In this document: piece after piece, positions 1-14,639 of the stretch
How positions within the stretch are numbered: the first letter of the stretch is position 1
How the letters are laid out: the number at the start of each line of letters is the position of its first letter
Assembly (NCBI GenBank): GCA_038087875.1
Contig: CM075988.1
Coordinates: 15,378,001 to 15,442,000, forward strand
Origin: Malacoraja senta
Taxonomy: Eukaryota
DNA length: 64,000 nucleotides
Direction of reading: 5' to 3'
Position numbers and translations under genes: made by a program
The notes under the pieces: model-generated
Told to the model about the DNA's origin: nothing
Databases searched by the model: none
What the model saw: the letters and a program-made list of their open reading frames with translations, nothing else

Positions 1-192
1 ATTTAAACAGGCACTTAAATTGGTATGGGATAGAAGAACATAGATCTAATGCAAGGATTAGTGTAGGTGGGTACCAAGGTTTTGCATAGATGTGGTATTG
101 CTGCAGTAGGCAATGCGGAGACCAGCTGGCCTGGCAGCAGACCAAGTGGGACCAACAACGAGAGAGCAGTCCTGAGCTACTATCTGCCTCAA

Positions 193-415
193 AGGTAGAC
201 ACAAAATGCTGGAGTAACTCAGCAGGACGGGCAGCATCTCTCAGAAGAAGGAATGGGTGATGTTTCAGGTCAAATGGGTGACTCTGTCTTCCAGTCTGAA
301 GAAGAGTCTCAGCCCAAAATGTCACCCATTCCTTCTCTCCAGAGATGTTGCCTGTCCCGCTGAGTTACTCCAACATTTTTGGTGTAAACCAGCATCTGCT
401 GTTCCTTCCTACGCA
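193..415. mobile_element. Palindromic PLE terminal-repeat insertion
   Basis: Inverted pair of terminal-repeat halves; flanked by TSD TACTATCT(G/A)CCTCAA at 178-192 and 416-430. Confidence 0.8.
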
Positions 416-1077
416 TACTATCTACCTCAATGGAGACCCTCGGACTATCTTTGATCAGACTTTACCTTGCACTAAATGTTATGCTCATTATTCTCTTTAT
501 CATGTATCTGTACACTGTGGATGGCTCGATTGTAATCATGTATTGTCTTTCCGATGACTGCCTTGCACACAACAAAAAGCTTTTCACTCTACCTCGGCAC
601 ACGTGACAATAAACTAAACTCAAACTCTTTCCCAAGGCACATGGGAGTAGGTGATGGGCTTTGTTGGGTACAGCACTTGCATCGTGTTACCTGGAGCTTT
701 GTGAGCACCTCTGGTCTCCTTGTTTAAAGACGTTTGTTTAAACATTGAGAGCTGCTCTGAGAAGGATTACTAGACTGACACCCAGAAAACGTGATGGGCC
801 AACTACAACTATGATATAACTCTCTCTGTCCAACCTGTTCTTATAAAACAACCCACCTTTTCCAGGTATCCATTGAACACATCACCTGTCCCCCTGGGCC
901 TCTGCAAATAATCCCACTTGGTTCTGATGACTGCCTGACGGATCGCTACACTTGTTTACTGCTTTCATTTCCTGGGAAGCCCTTGCTCTAACCGCACTGT
1001 CACCCGAGAACATGCAAATAACTGCACTGACCAACACTTAGCAGCTGACTTGTTAATTCCTGCTCTCATTAAAGGTC

Positions 1078-1236
1078 TGAAGAAGGGTTTCATTCCTGCT
1101 CTCATCAGTCTGAAGAAGGGTTTCGGCCCGAAGCGTTGCCTGTTTCCTTCGCTCCATAGATGCTGCTGCAGCCGCTGAGTTTCTCCAGCATTTTTGTGTA
1201 CCTTCGATTTTCCAGCATCTGCAGTTCCTTCTTTAA
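1078..1236 (+). mobile_element. Mini PLE terminal-repeat insertion with 13-bp TSD
   Basis: TSD CTCATTAAAGGTC at 1065-1077 and 1237-1249. Confidence 0.8.
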
Positions 1237-1494
1237 CTCATTAAAGGTCCTATTGCCCAATTGAATAGGTGTCTCTCACAACAGGATCTGCAAATCCAGA
1301 CTTGCAGGAAATTGAGTAAAGGTAAAAGTGGTACCGTGAGAATCTTAATGCGAGAAAAGCGGAAATGCAGGAGAGAGTAGTAAGTGAGAGTTCCCTCTCA
1401 CTTCTCAAACTTGGATCACTAACACCAACGTCTTGAATAAGCCACCGTTTACTCAGTTTCAACACTTGAAGGCGAATATTTCCTCTTCAGGCCC

Positions 1495-1830
1495 CACCAT
1501 CCCCCGCTGCCTCCCCTCCCTTACCCCCCTCTCCCACTCCCCTCCCCCTCCAGCCCCCATTTCTCAAATCCCCCCTGCCGCCCAACCCCCTCTCAACAGC
1601 CAGCCCCCCCCCCTGCCGCCCAACCCTCCTCTCAACAGCCCCCCCTTGCCGCCCAACCCCCCCTCTCCACAACCCCCCTCTTCTCTGCCGCCCAACCCCT
1701 CACAACAGCCCCCCGCCCAACCGCCCCTCTCAACACCCCCCCTCTCAGCAGTCCCCCCTGCCGCCTAACCACTCCGCTCAACAGCCCCCCCCCCTCTCCC
1801 CTCTCTCCTCTCCCCTCTCCCCTCTCTCTG
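1495..1830. repeat. C-rich degenerate ~30-bp tandem repeat in OAF intron 1
   Basis: Recurrent CCCCCTGCCGCCCAACCCCCCTCTCAACAG-like units. Confidence 0.8.
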
Positions 1831-2360
1831 GGGCAAGTTTATGCTGAAGTAGACTTGTGACCACTTGTCCAAGCCTGGCCGCTGGTTCTCATCACTCCAC
1901 AGTGAGACCACAGACATTCATTACCAACCAAAAATCACCTACTTCCTCATCGGAGGATGATTGCTTAATCCTGTTCAGAAAAACAAGGTGCTGGAGGAAC
2001 TCAGCGGTTCGGGCAACATCTGTGGATGGGTTTGGACAGATGACGTTTCGGGTCGGGACCTTTCTTCAGATGCTGGCTGAGTTTCTCCAGAACTTTGTTT
2101 TTTTCTTGGCTCAAGTTCCCAGCATCTACAGTTCAATGTGTATCCACCTTAATCCCGACCTCACTCCCCCAAGGTAACACCGCCCTCTCATTCCATCCCA
2201 TCCCCCCTCAGATTGGGATTGTCCACCACAAATCCCTCTCCTGCTCCAAATTCACTGCAGGATCACCCCTCACCCCCCCCCCCCCCCCACCCCACCATCC
2301 CTCCGCAACACTTTGCTTCTCCAGGGTCCGGTTGCCCCATCACCCCATCCTCAGAGACTA

Positions 2361-3321
<961 letters not shown>

Positions 3322-4269
3322 ACATCGCCCAGCGCAGGGCACCCAGCTCCCTGCAGCAGCAGCAGCCAACCCCATCATCACCCCCCACCGCACGATGCTG
3401 GAGGAAAATCCAGACAGAAACTAGCTGGTCCGCCAGCAACTGCGGGAAAAGCAATAGATAACGTTTCCAGTCTGTCACCCCTCTCAGAAGAGAGAGAGTC
3501 AGAGATTTAGCTCTTATGTCTAAAGGAATTAAGGGATATAAGGAAAAAGCAGGAACGGGGTACTGATTTTAGATGATCAGCCATGATCATATTGAATGGC
3601 GGTGCTGGCTCAAAGGTCGAATGGACTGCTCCTGCGCCTATTTTTCTACGTTTAATTGTCGTATGCACCAAAATGTAACAAGGACCTTCTAACTTGCAGC
3701 AGCAATAACAAGTCTGTAAACACAGTACCTTGTAGGTAACATAATAAACGAAAACAAGTTCAATAAGTTAAAAAACCCCAATATTAGTTAAATAAGTTTT
3801 AAAAATACAATATTAGTGCAAAACTAAAGGCATTCGTCCCTCGTGCAACCAAGGCAGTTAGTAGTTAATGGTTTAGTTGGTGCTTGTAGTGCTCAAGAGC
3901 ATGATAGTTGTTTGGAGGAAGCTGTTCCTGAACCAGAAGACCTCAGTTTGCAGACCTTCTTTCCAATGGCAAGAGTGAAATTAGAGCGTGGCCAGGGTTG
4001 TGAGTGTACTGACTGCCTTTTTGAGACAACAACTCCTATAGATCCCTTCGATGGTGGGGAGGCATGTAAGGGGCAACATCCTCAACAGAAGGGCATCAGA
4101 CTCAATGAAGAGGAAGCATCCCTTACACACTCAACCCCAATACATGGACACAACTTCCCCAGCCAACAATGGGCCATTATGGATCCACCCTTCCTTGGTC
4201 ATCTGTTGCCGGCCCTGCCTTGTTCTGGGCTTTTCTTACCTTCAGTTCCCTCCCCTTTACATTCAGTGT

Positions 4270-5987
4270 GAAACATAGAAACATAGAAACATAGAAAATA
4301 GGTACAGGAGTAGGCCATTCGGCCCTTCGAGCCTGCACCACCATTTGATATGATCATGGCTGATCATCCAACTCGGTATCCCATCCCTGCCTTCTCTCCA
4401 TACCCCCTGATCCTTTTAGCCACAAGGGCCACATCTAACTCCCTCTTAAATATAGCCAATGAACTGGCCTCAACTACCTTCTGTGACAGAGAATTCCACA
4501 GATTCACAACTCTCTGTGTAAAAAACGATTTCCTCATCTCGGTCCTAAAAGTCTTCCCTCTTATCCTTAAACTGTGACCCCTAGTTCTGGACATCCCCAA
4601 CATCGGGAATAATCTTCCTGCATCTAGCCTGTCCAACCCCTTAAGAATTTTGTAAGTTTCTATAAGATCCCCCCTCAGTCTTCTGAATTCCAACGTGTAC
4701 AAGCCGAGTCTATCCAGTCTTTCCTCATATGAAAGTCCTGCCATCCCAGGAATCAGTCTGGTGAACCTTCTCTGTACTCCCTCTATGGCAAGAATGTCTT
4801 TCCTCAGATTAGGAGACCAAAACTGTACGCAATACTCCAGGTGTGGTCTCACCAAGACCATGTACAACTGCAGTAGAACCTCCCTGCTCTTATACTCAAA
4901 TCCTTTTGCTATGAATGCTAACATACCATTTGCTTTCTTCACTGCCTGCTGCACCTGCATTCCTACTTTCAATGACTGGTGTACCATGACACCCAGGTCT
5001 CGTTGCATCTCCCCTTTTCCTAATCGGCCACCATTCAGATAATAGTCTACTTTCCTGTTTTTGCCACCAAAGTGGATAACCTCACATTTATCCACATTAT
5101 ACTGCATCTGCCATGCCTTTGCCAACTCACCCAACCTATCCAAGTCACCTTGCAGCCTCCTAGCATCTTCCTCACATCTAACACTGCCCCCCAGCTTCGT
5201 GTCATCTGCAAACTTGGAGATGTTGCATTCAATTCCCTCATCCAGATCATTAATATATATTGTAAATAGCTGGGGTCCCAGCACTGAGCCTTGCGGTACC
5301 CCACTAGTCACTGCCTGCCATTCTGAAAAGGACCCGTTTACTCCTACTCTTTGCTTCCTGTCTGCCAGCCAGTTCTCTATCCACATCAATACTGAACCCC
5401 CAATACCATGTGCTTTAAGTTTGTATGCTAATCTCTTATGTGGGACCTTGTCGAAAGCCTTCTGAAAGTCCAGATATAACACATCCACTGGTTCTCCCTT
5501 ATCCACTCTACTAGTCACATCCTCGAAAAATTCTATAAGATTCGTCAGACATGATTTACCTTTCATAAATCCATGCTGACTTTGTCCAATGAACTCACCA
5601 CTTTCCAAATGTGCTGCTATCCCATCTTTAATAACTGACTCCAGAATTTTCCCCACCACCGATGTTAGACTAACTGGTCTGTAATTCCGCGTTTTCTCTC
5701 TCCCTCCCTTTTTAAAAAGTGGGGTTACATTAGGTACCCTCCAGTCCTCAGGAACTACTCCAGAATCTAAAGAGTTTTGAAAAATGATCACTAATGCATC
5801 CACTATTTCTGCGGCTACTTCCTTAAGTACTCTGGGATGCAACTTATCCGGCCCTGGGGATTTATCGGCCTTTAATCCATTCAATTTACCTAACACCACT
5901 TCCCGGCTAACCTGGATTTCACTCAGTTCCTCCATCTCATTTAACCCCCGGTCCCTTGCTATTTCCGGCAGATTATTTATGTCTTCC
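4270..5987 (-). mobile_element. CR1 (HER1-like) LINE, 5'-truncated, uninterrupted RT ORF
   Basis: ORF with YLDFQKAFD, GVPQGSVLGP and FADD motifs; 3' tail (TTTCTATG)n at 4270-4298. Confidence 0.96.
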
Positions 5988-8318
5988 AGAAGGGTCCAGA
6001 TCCAAAAGGTCACCCCATCCTTTTTCTCCGGAGATGCGGCCTGAAATTTGTGTCTAGCATTGGCTCAATGACGCTGATACACATTAATATTCTTTTTCTA
6101 CACAGATCATGGGGTTGGCTCACTGACAAAATGGCCACTTGTTTCCAATCTTTCATTGGGCACCAACAAACTCCGCACAGGCCACCTGCACTAATGAGTC
6201 TTAATGGATTGGTAACATTCCCATCTCAGATAGTCCCATAGATAGACACAAAAAGTTGGAGTAACTCAGCGGGACAGGCAGCATCTCTGGAAAGACGGAT
6301 CATCTCTGGATACAGCGTGGAAACAGGCCCTTCGGCCCACCGAGACTGCACCAACCAGCGATCCCCAGACATTAATGCTATCCTACACACACTAGGGAAA
6401 ATTTTACACTTATACCAATCCAATTAATCTACAAACCTGTACGTCTTTGGAGTGTGGGACGAAACCGAAGATCTCGGAGAAAACCCACGCGGTCACGGGG
6501 AGAACGTACAAACTCTGTACAGACATCACCTGTAGTCGGGATCGAACCCGGGTCTCCGGTGCTGAAAGCGCTGCAACTCCACCGCTGCGCCACCGTGCCA
6601 GGGTGTGAAAGGGAGAACGGGAAAGTGGACAATCTAGGATTCTGGCAATGAGGTTTAAATAGAGAGTAAGATTTTAAAGGCTGAGGAATGAGAAGTGAGG
6701 AATTTCAGCTGCATAGTTAGACTGGTACATTGGGATCGCTCTCCTTGAACCAAAGAGTGTTCAAATCCTTGGTGGGGCCTGGAGATGAGAAATGCATGAA
6801 CAAAGAGTTTACCGACAGATGTCATGGAAATGGAAACAGCTGTGATGAAGGAAATCTAACATCAAGCGCTCAGCTTAAAATAAAAATGCTTCCAAGCATA
6901 ACATATTATGATGTATGTAGTTTGGAGATTAACCTTATAAAGTTGGGGAAGGAAAGTAAATAGTTTGGGGTGAGTGCCAGTATTTCAAGTGTCAAGAGTG
7001 TTTTATTGTCATATGTCCCAGACAGAACAGTGAAATTCTTACTTGCTTCACACAACAGAATATGTAAACATAGTATACTGTAAACAATATAATAAACGAG
7101 AACAAAGGGTTCTCCTGATGCCGGGGTACCATCACCCGGCGTGAACGGCCTGGAACATCGGGCATCCGTAGCGGCGACTGTGGAGGCCTAAATAAGCCCG
7201 GCTATGGGTGGACTTGGGGATGGGGACTGGACTTTGTGCCTTCCCCCACAGTGGGAACCATTGTGGGGGGATAATGTTAAACTTCTTCTTTAATGCTATG
7301 TTGTATTTTCATTAGTGTGCTGCAAGGACATCTGAATTTCCTCTGAATAAGGGGATTAATAAAGTATTTGTTATTATTATAATATATTGTATTATATATA
7401 TACTGTATATACTGTATATATACTTACTATACTCTATACACACATACATACACATAAAAGAAAAACCACAAACAATAATAGTGCTAAAAGGCTAAAACCA
7501 ATCCCCCAAAGCTCATGTAGTTCAGAGCATATTTGGAGGTTATAGTGTTTAATAGCCTGATGGCTGTAGGGAAGAAGCTGAACCTGGACGTTACAGCTTT
7601 CGGGCTCCTATTTTTTCGTCCCGATGGCAGGAGTGAAATGACTGGGCTGGCAGGAGGGGAATCCGTGGCGGGGGATGGGGAGTACAGTGTGGTGGAGGGG
7701 TAATATAGGCAATACAGCCAGTTTGCTGAAACAATTTAGACTTTGTTAAAAACATCTGCTTCCTGTTAAATGTTTGGAAGAAACATATATTTTCCTGAAC
7801 ACCATTCACTACATCTCTCTTAGGTCAACAACTGCACTCGTGAAACTGGATTATGCTGCATACATTCTCTGTTCCCAGCTAAAGGATCTGCCATATGACT
7901 GTCCTATGAATCCACAATCCTCACAAACCTCTGCTGCCTTGTATATCTCCAGTTGAAACTAATAACCTGTAGCCAAATCCAGACTGGGTCTAATCCCAAT
8001 AAACTATTACTTTTACATCCCAAATATATTTTCTTTGGAAGAACTGTTCTGCTCTATCATGGTGACATCTCAGTACATACGTGGCACTTCCACTTTGTAT
8101 ATAAATACTTAACATCATGTCACCCATCTGAGACTAACTGCTACATTTTGCTGAATACCCCAGTACCAATCCACATTACTTTATATGTAATGGATATTAG
8201 ATTATATTGCATTCAAAGATTGACACTGAATTCAATTTAACTCTTTAGACTTTAGAGATAGTGTGAAAACAGGCTCTTTCGCCCACCAGCGATCACCCTG
8301 CACACTAACCTACTCAAA

Positions 8319-8518
8319 NNNNNNNNNNNNNNNNNNNNNNNNNNNNNNNNNNNNNNNNNNNNNNNNNNNNNNNNNNNNNNNNNNNNNNNNNNNNNNNNNN
8401 NNNNNNNNNNNNNNNNNNNNNNNNNNNNNNNNNNNNNNNNNNNNNNNNNNNNNNNNNNNNNNNNNNNNNNNNNNNNNNNNNNNNNNNNNNNNNNNNNNNN
8501 NNNNNNNNNNNNNNNNNN
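8319..8518. other. Assembly gap (200 N)
   Basis: Run of N. Confidence 1.
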
Positions 8519-11500
8519 ACCTGAGAGAACGTTAACCTTTGTGCATGAAAGCCTGAGTGAATCATGGAGTCTTGAGTTTCCTAGTAGGTGGGTGAGGGGG
8601 CAGGGTTGTGTGAGAAGGAACAAGGAGGTTGGAAGGTGCCATCCTACTGCATGGTTTGGGATGGTGCAGAGCCGATGACTGAGAGCAGACACACCTCTCT
8701 ACTTGCCAGCAAAGGATTATATTAATCGTGTGGAGAGCTACAGCACCTAGTGAACTAATCTGGTTTGTGCTTGCAACACGAAGTGGAGCAGAACTCTTTG
8801 AGTAAAGCAGGGTAATCCAGTGTTGGAATGTGGTGCCCGAGGCCTTCCTGTTGAGCACAAGATGTGGGAGGCCCAGTTACCGTTACAGTCACCAGCGGCC
8901 AGGCCAGATATGACCGGGGCTGTTGCCGGGCAGAATTGCCAATGCATTCGCTTTGATCTTCTTGGCTCACTCCCAACACGGCTGGGTCCAGCCAGTGAGC
9001 AAGGACACATGGGAGTTTTGGACTCGGCCTAGCGGGATTAGTGTGCTTGATGCCGTGGGCTCGGAGCTCTGTGTTACTGTAATTATGGCACCATGCTGGC
9101 AGGATTACCTCACAGTGGCTGGCTTAGTTGGCAGCAGCAATCAGCTCAGGTCACCCCTAGGGATAGGGGTGCAAGGGGCGATACCTAATGCCTCCCCTCT
9201 CCACCCACCGACCCTCTGACCCAGAATCTTGCCACGGAGCTCTCATAAGTTCATCAGGAGCAGAATTCGGCCCATCAAGTCTACTCCGCCATTCAATCAT
9301 GGCTGATCTCTATTTCCCTCTCAAGCCCATTCTCCTGCCATAACCCCTGACACCCTCTTGACAGACAGGTAAAAAAAAGGGAACGGAGCGATTCATTTCT
9401 TTACGTCTCACAAAATATTAGGTGAATTTCGGAAAATAAACAAGTGAAAATGCTGATGAAGGGTCTCGACCCGAAATGTCACCTATTCCTTTTCTCCAGA
9501 GAAGCTGCCTGACCCACTGAGTTACTCTAGCATTTTGTATCTGCATTCAATGTAACAAGCATCTGCAGTTCCTTCCCACACAAGTGGAAATAATATCTTT
9601 AATATCACAATAAAAAATATTATATTAGGAGTAGAATGTATAGGAAGGAACTGCAGATGCTGGTTTATACTGAAGATAGACATAAAGTGCTGGAGTGACT
9701 CAGTGGGTCAGGCAGCAGCACTGGAACAAAAGGAAATAGCTTCTCGGCCTTATATTACGAACCGGTTTTGTGAATGGAAGGCTAACAGCTGGGTACAGTG
9801 ATCGGTCGATCGCAGTAACTCCAATGCGCAATGAGACTACATGGATTTCCAGAGATTAGGTTGCGTCCTGTAAGGCTGGCACAATGGTTTGAGGAAACAT
9901 CTGATGTAGTCTGTGGAGGTAGCCAAGGGAATGCCCATGGATGGTGTTTACATGGACTTACAGAAGGCACTTCGCAAAGTTCCACTGAAGAGACTTAACA
10001 GCAAAGGGGAAGCATAGAATTGGAGGTAGTTTCGTTTTTAGTTTAGTTTCGAGATACAGCACAGAAACAGGCCCTTCGACCTGCCGAATCCGTGCCGGCC
10101 AGTGATCCCCACACACTAGAACTATTCTGCACACTATGGACAATTTACAATCTTTACCAAAGCCAATTAACCTACAAACCTGTACATCTTTGGAGTGTGG
10201 GAAGGAATCGGAGCATCCAGAGAAAACCCATGCGGTCACAGGGCGAACGGACAAACTCTGTACAGACAGCATCGGTAATCAGGGTGGACCTGGGTCTCTG
10301 GCGCTGTAAGGCAGCAGCTCTACCGCTGCATCACCATGCTGCCCCTTATGAATCTGCAAGTTTCTTGTCCTATGTAGGGAATTGGTGGGAGGTGGAAGAG
10401 ACGATGGAGAAAAAAGGGACTTGTTCAAATTGGAAAAAGGTACCGGGTTATAATTCTGGGTTGTCGGCGTGGACTCGGTGGGCCGAGGTCTGTTTCCATA
10501 CGGTATCTCTGAACTAAACTAAGTGCAGTTAGACTTTAGACATACAGCAAAGAAACAGGCCCTTCGGCCCATCGTGTCCATGCCGACCAACGATCACCCT
10601 GTACACTAGCAGTATCCTGCACACTAGGGACAATTTACAATTATACCAAATCCAATTAACCTACACACCTGTATGATTTTGGAGCGGGGGCGGAAACCGA
10701 AGCACCTGGAAAAACCCCCACACATTCATGGGGAGAACATACAGACTTCATACAGAGAGTACCCATAGTCAGGTTCGAACCTGGGTCTCTGGCGCTGTAA
10801 GGCAGCAGCTCTACCGCTGAGCCACCATGCCGCCCTTATTATACTGCAGCTAGATGCATGGAACACACTGCACATACCATGTTGGCATGCGAGATAGAAG
10901 GGGAAGTAGCAACTCTACACACCAAGGTGCACACCAGCACGAAGGCTGCGAATAAAGTGCAGCGTGTGGAACAAGTAAGTAGAGGCACTTCAATAAAATC
11001 GGTCGCATCCTGAGCTTGGCCCTCGGGTGTTGTCAGTCAGTAACCAGGAACATGCAGTGATTGGGGACTGGGAGGGGAATGGGAAGGGGTGGGGAGCAGA
11101 AGAGGGAGAGCCAGGATAGAATAAGGAGGTGAAGGATGAGGAGAGAACGGATGGAGAGGAGAGGAGAGAAGGCAGAAAGGTGGAATGGGAATGAAGAGAA
11201 AAGAATGGAAGAAACTAGAGGGAAGGAGGGGTGAGGTATGATGGAGTCAAAGGCAAGTTTAGGAACTGTAGTCGGAGCAGCTAAGTATTTGGAAAAATAA
11301 TAAAAACTGGTGTGAAATAAAATGCCATGGCCGTTTTTCTTCTAGAGTTTCGCAAAGACTCATTTGCCGCGAACTTCAATGCTACAAAATTTTAATCCAA
11401 TCTTAATTTGACTGCAACGTGTATAATTAACACCACCAGCCTGCAGTTTGAGATCACAGCTGCCCTCAGGTGGCCAACCGCGGAACAGCAACATTCTGCC

Positions 11501-12249
11501 GCAGCGAGAAATCCATAGTGTAACATAATAACATTTCCATGGTTTGGTTTAGCGACGAAACAACCTAGAAATCTGATATGTTGCATGGAAGTTAGATTTA
11601 GCATAAGGACATACACTGCACTTAGTTTCTTCCGCCATATCAGGTCTTCCCTCGTCCAAACAAGGGCTTAACCCTGTTGAAAATTGATAACATGTTTTTC
11701 ATTTCTATTTTAGGAGTAGTGAATATTTGGGTGGGCCTGATCGAAGTATGTTTCTATAACTGAACCACACAAGAAAAGAAAAATGTGTGCACTTGGTTTC
11801 TGCGGGAGAGCAGCTAATACTTCATTTAAACCAGTTAGATAAATATGTCCGAGAGGAAGAACAACGTTTAGTGAGATATCAAAGAAATGCCACAATTAGT
11901 TTTCAATGACAACGCAATCATATTTTTTGAACACTTTGGTGGAATGGGATAAACTTTCCTTGGTTGTTTATCTTGGATAAAGTTTGAAGACAAACCCTGG
12001 CCCTGGGATCAACGTGAAAACTGCACATTTAGCTTTTAAACATCCATTAAATATGACAAATGTGAAGACTTCAATAAATATTGTGCAGGGAAACTGCAAA
12101 GGCAGCATTTCTAAAAAAAATGTAATCGCAGTCTGCAATGAATGTAGGAGGGTTCCTAAAGCAAGGGAGTGAATGTTGTACGACCTTATACATAACAATA
12201 CTGTTGATTAAATGGCGGTTTTACTTTGGTGTTGACTAGAAATTGTTGT

Positions 12250-12880
12250 CATAAGGTCATAAGTGATAGCAGTAGAATTAGTCCATTCGGCCCATCAAGT
12301 CTATTCTGCCATTCAATCATGGCTGATCTATCTCTCCCTCCTAACCCCATTTTTCGGCCTTCTCCCCATAACCTCTGACACTCGTACTAATCAAGAATCT
12401 ATATGTCTCTGCCTTAAAAATATCCCCTGACTTGGCCTCTACAGCCATTTGTGGCAAAGGATTCCACAGATTCACCACGCTCTGACAAAATAAATTTCTC
12501 CTCATTTCCTTCCTAAAAGAACATCCTTTAATTCTAAGGATTATGACCTCTAGTCCTAGATGCTCCCACTAGTGAAACATCCTCTCCACATCCACTCTAT
12601 CCAAGCCTTTCACTATTCTGCATGTTTCAACGAGGTCCCCCTCATTCTTCTAAACTCCAGCGAGTACAGGCTCTGTGCTGCAAAACGCTCATCATAGGTT
12701 AACCGACTAATTCCTGGGATCATTCTTGAAAACCTCCTCTGGACCCTCTCCAGAGCCAGCACATCCTTCCTCAGATATGGTGCCCAAAATTGCTCACAAT
12801 ATTCCAAATGCAGCCTTACCAGCGCCTTATAGAGCCTCAGCATTACATCCCTGTTTTTGTGTACAAGCCCTCTTGAAATT
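12250..12880 (-). mobile_element. CR1 LINE 3' fragment, different subfamily
   Basis: ORF LYKALVRLHLEYCEQFWAPYLRKD plus CR1-type 3'UTR. Confidence 0.9.
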
Positions 12881-13371
12881 AATATTTGTCAAATACCACC
12901 AGCAGTTTCAGAAGATAATACAGCAGATGAATTGAAAGCCTGTATTAAAGCTGTATATAGTTTGGAAAATGTTAAAGGATGATACTTGGAAATCAATATG
13001 TTAGCCCATTTTCCATATGCAAGTTTGCTTTGGGTTTACCCAAATTAAGAAATGGGGAAATTAAACACAAAGACTCAGCAGGAATGATGTCAGTGAAAAC
13101 CGCAGGCTGATTTGTTGCATCACTTCATCATTTGATGCAAGCTGTTTTCCCCTTCGACACTATTTGAATTACCAATGCTTGTGTAAATGAGCAACTTTAT
13201 GAAGCAAACATGAAGCAACGCTGGCTATGAATAAAGCTTCCCTGACAACATATCTGATGTCAGTGTGATAGCTTTTGACAGTGTGATAGACATTCATGAA
13301 TCTGTAATTTCCCTGTTCAGTGTTTAAACTCTCTGTCACCAAGAGCAGTAAGACGCAAGAACAATCATAGA

Positions 13372-14209
13372 TAGACACAAAAAGCTGGAGTAACTCAGCG
13401 GGCCTGGCAGCATCTCTGGAGAGAAGGTATGGGTGATGTTTTAGAAACATAGAAAATAGGTGCAGGAGTAGGCCATTCGGCCCTTCGAGCCTGCACCGCC
13501 ATTCAATATGATCATGGCTGATCATCCAACTCCGTATCCCATCCCTGCCTTCTCTCCATACCCCCTGATCCCTTTAGCCACAAGGGCCACATCTAACTCC
13601 CTCTTAAATATAGCCAATGAACTGGCCTCAACTACCTTCTGTGGCAGAGAATTCCACAGATTCACCACTCTCTGTGTAAAAAATGATTTCCTCATCTCGG
13701 TCCTAAAAGTCTTCCCTCTTATCCTTAAACTGTGACCCCTAGTTCTGGACTTCCCCAACATCGGGAATAATCTTCCTGCATCTAGCCTGTCCAACCCTTT
13801 AAGAATTTTGTAAGTTTCTATAAGATCCCCCCTCAGTCTTCTGAATTCCAACGTGTACAAGCCGAGTCTATCCAGTCTTTCCTCATATGAAAGTCCTGCC
13901 ATCCCAGGAATCAGTCTGGTGAACCTTCTCTGTACTCCCTCTATGGCAAGAATGTCTTTCCTCAGATTAGGAGACCAAAACTGTACGCAATACGCCAGGT
14001 GTGGTCTCACCAAGACCCTGTAAAACTGCAGTAGAACCTCCCTGCTCTTATACTCAAATCCTTTTGCTATGAATCTAAGTCTGAAGAAGGGTCTCGACCA
14101 AAAACGTCACCCATTCCTTCTCTCCAGAGATGCTGCCTGTCCCGCTGAGTTACTCCAGGTTTTTGTGTCTATCTTCAGTTTAAACCGGCATCTGCAGTTC
14201 CTTTTAGCA
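13372..14209. mobile_element. Palindromic PLE insertion with 16-bp TSD, split by a CR1
   Basis: TSD CAAGAACAATCATAGA at 13356-13371 and 14210-14225. Confidence 0.82.
13443..14074 (-). mobile_element. CR1 LINE 3' fragment, same subfamily as 4270-5987
   Basis: Nearly identical to 4290-4915; TTTCTATG tail. Confidence 0.95.
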
Positions 14210-14639
14210 CAAGAACAATCATAGAGTCTTAGAACACGGAAACGGGCTCTTTGGCCCATTTTTGTCAGTTTGGGAAAACACCTTCAGCCCACATGATGCC
14301 AAGACCAACTTTTATCTACCTACACATAATCCATATTCACCCATATTCAAGTGGCTCTCTAGAAGTCTCTTAATTGCCCCAATCACATCTGTCTCAGCTG
14401 CACTCCTTGCAGTGTGTTCCAGGCACACACCACCTTCTGTTAAGTCTGCCTGCTCATCTCCTTTAACACTGAAATGAATTAAATTTACACATTCTACACA
14501 CCTACTTAAAATTAATATTCATTATATTGAATATAATTTTAGTACACATTTTTATTTTTAGGTTGTATTTTTTAATTAGTAAATTAACTTACACTACAGA
14601 AATGTAACCTACTATATAATATTAATGGAATAGGTATAT

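Noticed and set aside
8252..8692. ORFs spanning N runs (also 37457-38051)
   Set aside because: Artefacts of translating through assembly gaps.
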